A DNA stretch of 64,000 nucleotides, taken from contig OZ244742.1 in assembly GCA_965219415.1 (NCBI GenBank), positions 1,600,001 to 1,664,000 on the forward strand, written 5' to 3'. Source of the stretch: Candidatus Marinacidobacterales bacterium. Lineage in GTDB: Bacteria; Acidobacteriota; Vicinamibacteria; Marinacidobacterales; DATDRI01. A program made the translations under genes and the position numbers. Below, one piece after another: positions 62,153-64,000 of this stretch. Numbering within the stretch: the first letter of the stretch is position 1; the number at the start of each line of letters is the position of its first letter. Below the pieces are notes generated by a model. The model did not search any database, was not told the DNA's origin, and saw nothing but the letters and a program-made list of their open reading frames with translations.

Positions 62153-63631
62153 TCAGAATTTCCGCGACCACTCCTTGGGCCAGCGCTCCACGACGACTTT
62201 CGCCTGCGTAAAAAATTCCACCGCGTGGCGGCCTTGCGCGTGGAGATCACCGAAGAAACTGTCCTTCCATCCGCTGAAGGGGAAAAACGCCATCGGCGCG
62301 GCAACGCCGGCGTTGATGCCGATGTTCCCCACCTGAGCGTCGAAGCGGAACTGGCGTGCCGCGGCTCCGCTGCCGGTGAAGAAACAAGCCATGTTTCCAT
62401 AGGAACCGCCGTTGATGAAAGCGATCGCCTCTTCCACCGTTTCCACATGCATCAAGCCCAGAACCGGCCCGAAGATCTCGGTGCGAGCGATTTCGCCTTT
62501 GGGATTCACATCCCGCAGAACGGTCGGACCGACGAAGTTCCCTCTTTCGTACCCGGGGGTCGAGGCCCCTCGACCGTCCACCAGCAGCTCGGCCCCCTCG
62601 TCGGCACCGGTTTCTATCAACCCCTCGATCCGGGATTTGCTTTGGGTCGTAATCACCGGCCCCATCTGTACGCCGTCTTCCAAACCGTAACCGACGACGC
62701 GCGAGGAAGCCGCCTCGGTCAACGCTTCGGCGAAAGGATCGCGTGCCTCTCCGACGGTAATCGCAAGTGATGCGGCCAAGCACCGCTGCCCCGCACAACC
62801 GAAGGCACTGTCCGCCGCGATGCGCGTCGTCATCTCCAAGTCGGCGTCGGGAAGAATAATGATGGGGTTCTTGGCCCCACCCTGGCATTGGGCTCGCTTA
62901 CCATTGGCGGTCGCTCGGCTATAAACGTAGCGGGCGACCGGTGTGGAGCCCACGAAACTGACGGCTCGAATATCCGGATGATCGAGGATGGCATCCACCG
63001 CCTCCTTCGTGCCGTTCACCAAGTTGACGACCCCTTTGGGAAGCTTTGTTTCGTCCAGCAGCTCGAAGATCTTAGCCATCGTGAGAGTCACTTTCTCCGA
63101 AGGCTTCAGCACAACGGTGTTCCCACAGGCAATGGCATAGGGCAGGAACCAAAACGAGATCATCGCCGGAAAGTTGAAGGGGCCGATCACCGCTACCACG
63201 CCAATGGGTTGACGGATCATCAGCTCGTCGATGCCTGGGGCGATGTCTTCCGAAGTCTGCCCTTGCATCATGGCCGGGATACCGCACGCGACCTCGACGT
63301 TTTCGATAGCCCGCCGCATCTCACCACGGGACTCCTCGAGCGTCTTGCCGGACTCCTTGGTGATGATGTGAGAAATCTCCTCCAAGCCTTCCTCCAGTAG
63401 GACCTTCAGCCTGAAGAGATACTGAATGCGTTCGCCCGCAGGGGTTCGCCTCCAAGACTCGAAGGCGACCGAAGCAGCCCGCGTCGCTTCCTGAACGTCC
63501 AGAGCTGGGCTGAGCGGAACCTGGGCTAACACTTCGGTGGTGGCGGGATTCAATACCTCCAGCGCCTCGGTGGCCTGTGAGTTTCTCCAACTGCCATCAA
63601 TATAGTTATCGAGAAATTGGCTCTCTCCCAT
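62153..63631 (-). CDS. mmsA: CoA-acylating methylmalonate-semialdehyde dehydrogenase
   Basis: [52 protein letters not shown]. Confidence 0.92.
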   Translation of the reverse strand: MGESQFLDNYIDGSWRNSQATEALEVLNPATTEVLAQVPLSPALDVQEATRAASVAFESWRRTPAGERIQYLFRLKVLLEEGLEEISHIITKESGKTLEESRGEMRRAIENVEVACGIPAMMQGQTSEDIAPGIDELMIRQPIGVVAVIGPFNFPAMISFWFLPYAIACGNTVVLKPSEKVTLTMAKIFELLDETKLPKGVVNLVNGTKEAVDAILDHPDIRAVSFVGSTPVARYVYSRATANGKRAQCQGGAKNPIIILPDADLEMTTRIAADSAFGCAGQRCLAASLAITVGEARDPFAEALTEAASSRVVGYGLEDGVQMGPVITTQSKSRIEGLIETGADEGAELLVDGRGASTPGYERGNFVGPTVLRDVNPKGEIARTEIFGPVLGLMHVETVEEAIAFINGGSYGNMACFFTGSGAAARQFRFDAQVGNIGINAGVAAPMAFFPFSGWKDSFFGDLHAQGRHAVEFFTQAKVVVERWPKEWSRKF

Positions 63632-63725
63632 TTCCCAGGGCCTCCAGAAACAGAACCTGTTTGTTTCATCCAGTATAGCGTTCTTTTCCCTGTGTTAGAA
63701 TCACGGCCAATGCAGAGGACTTCGA

Positions 63726-64000
63726 GTGGCTGACTTTCTTCCCCTGGGCAAACTCAACCCACAACTGTTGCGGGATTTTCTGACACGACATGGTGTCTCC
63801 GATCCTCGGGTCTTGGTTGGACCCCAGATCGGTGAAGACGCGGCCGCGGTCGACCTAGGAGACCGTTACCTCTTGCTCGCGTCCGATCCCATCACGTTCA
63901 CGCCAGAGCGCATCGGTTGGTACGCCGTCCAGGTAAACGCCAACGACATCGCGGCGATGGGTGGCACGCCCCTCTATTTTCTGTCTACCGTCCTTTTGCC
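63726..64000 (+). CDS. AIR synthase / HypE-like family protein (partial, runs off window end)
   Basis: Manual translation: MADFLPLGKL...GPQIGEDAAAV...SDPITF...NANDIAAMGGTP. Confidence 0.85.
   Translation, partial: MADFLPLGKLNPQLLRDFLTRHGVSDPRVLVGPQIGEDAAAVDLGDRYLLLASDPITFTPERIGWYAVQVNANDIAAMGGTPLYFLSTVLL

Noticed and set aside
63710-63733. 7-codon uORF (MQRTSSG) after a TAGAAT box, overlapping the GTG start of the AIR-synthase-like gene
   Set aside because: Too short to distinguish from chance; the gene has its own AGAGGA RBS

Overview
GC-rich bacterial chromosomal window; gene content suggests Acidobacteriota/Vicinamibacteria-like origin (inference only). Housekeeping and metabolic genes are intact (flap endonuclease, pilT, agmatinase-like, TonB receptor, ppk1, apaH, ppx, xth, frc, pepA, acs, trkAH, mmsA). 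About 15 accessory genes are broken by frameshifts, in-frame TAA stops, deletions or duplications, which points to genome erosion. Main points: (1) a polyphosphate island (ppk1, CHAD with degenerate CYTH, apaH, ppx, dead PPK2) divergent from a minimal Ser/Thr-kinase plus PP2C pair; (2) an ISL3 with 8-bp TSD and an A7 frameshift site; (3) a 1741-bp IS1595-family transporter element with 8-bp TSD, inward promoters in both TIRs, a small antisense ORF head-to-head with the transposase, a passenger membrane protein and a ~185-nt multi-hairpin segment that may be an ncRNA; (4) a rod-like structured RNA candidate ahead of a small Zn-ribbon ORF; (5) oxalate-catabolism remnants; (6) a vWA GlyGly-CTERM target next to a rhombosortase. 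No rRNA, tRNA or CRISPR array was recognised. All assignments come from reading motifs by eye; no searches were run.
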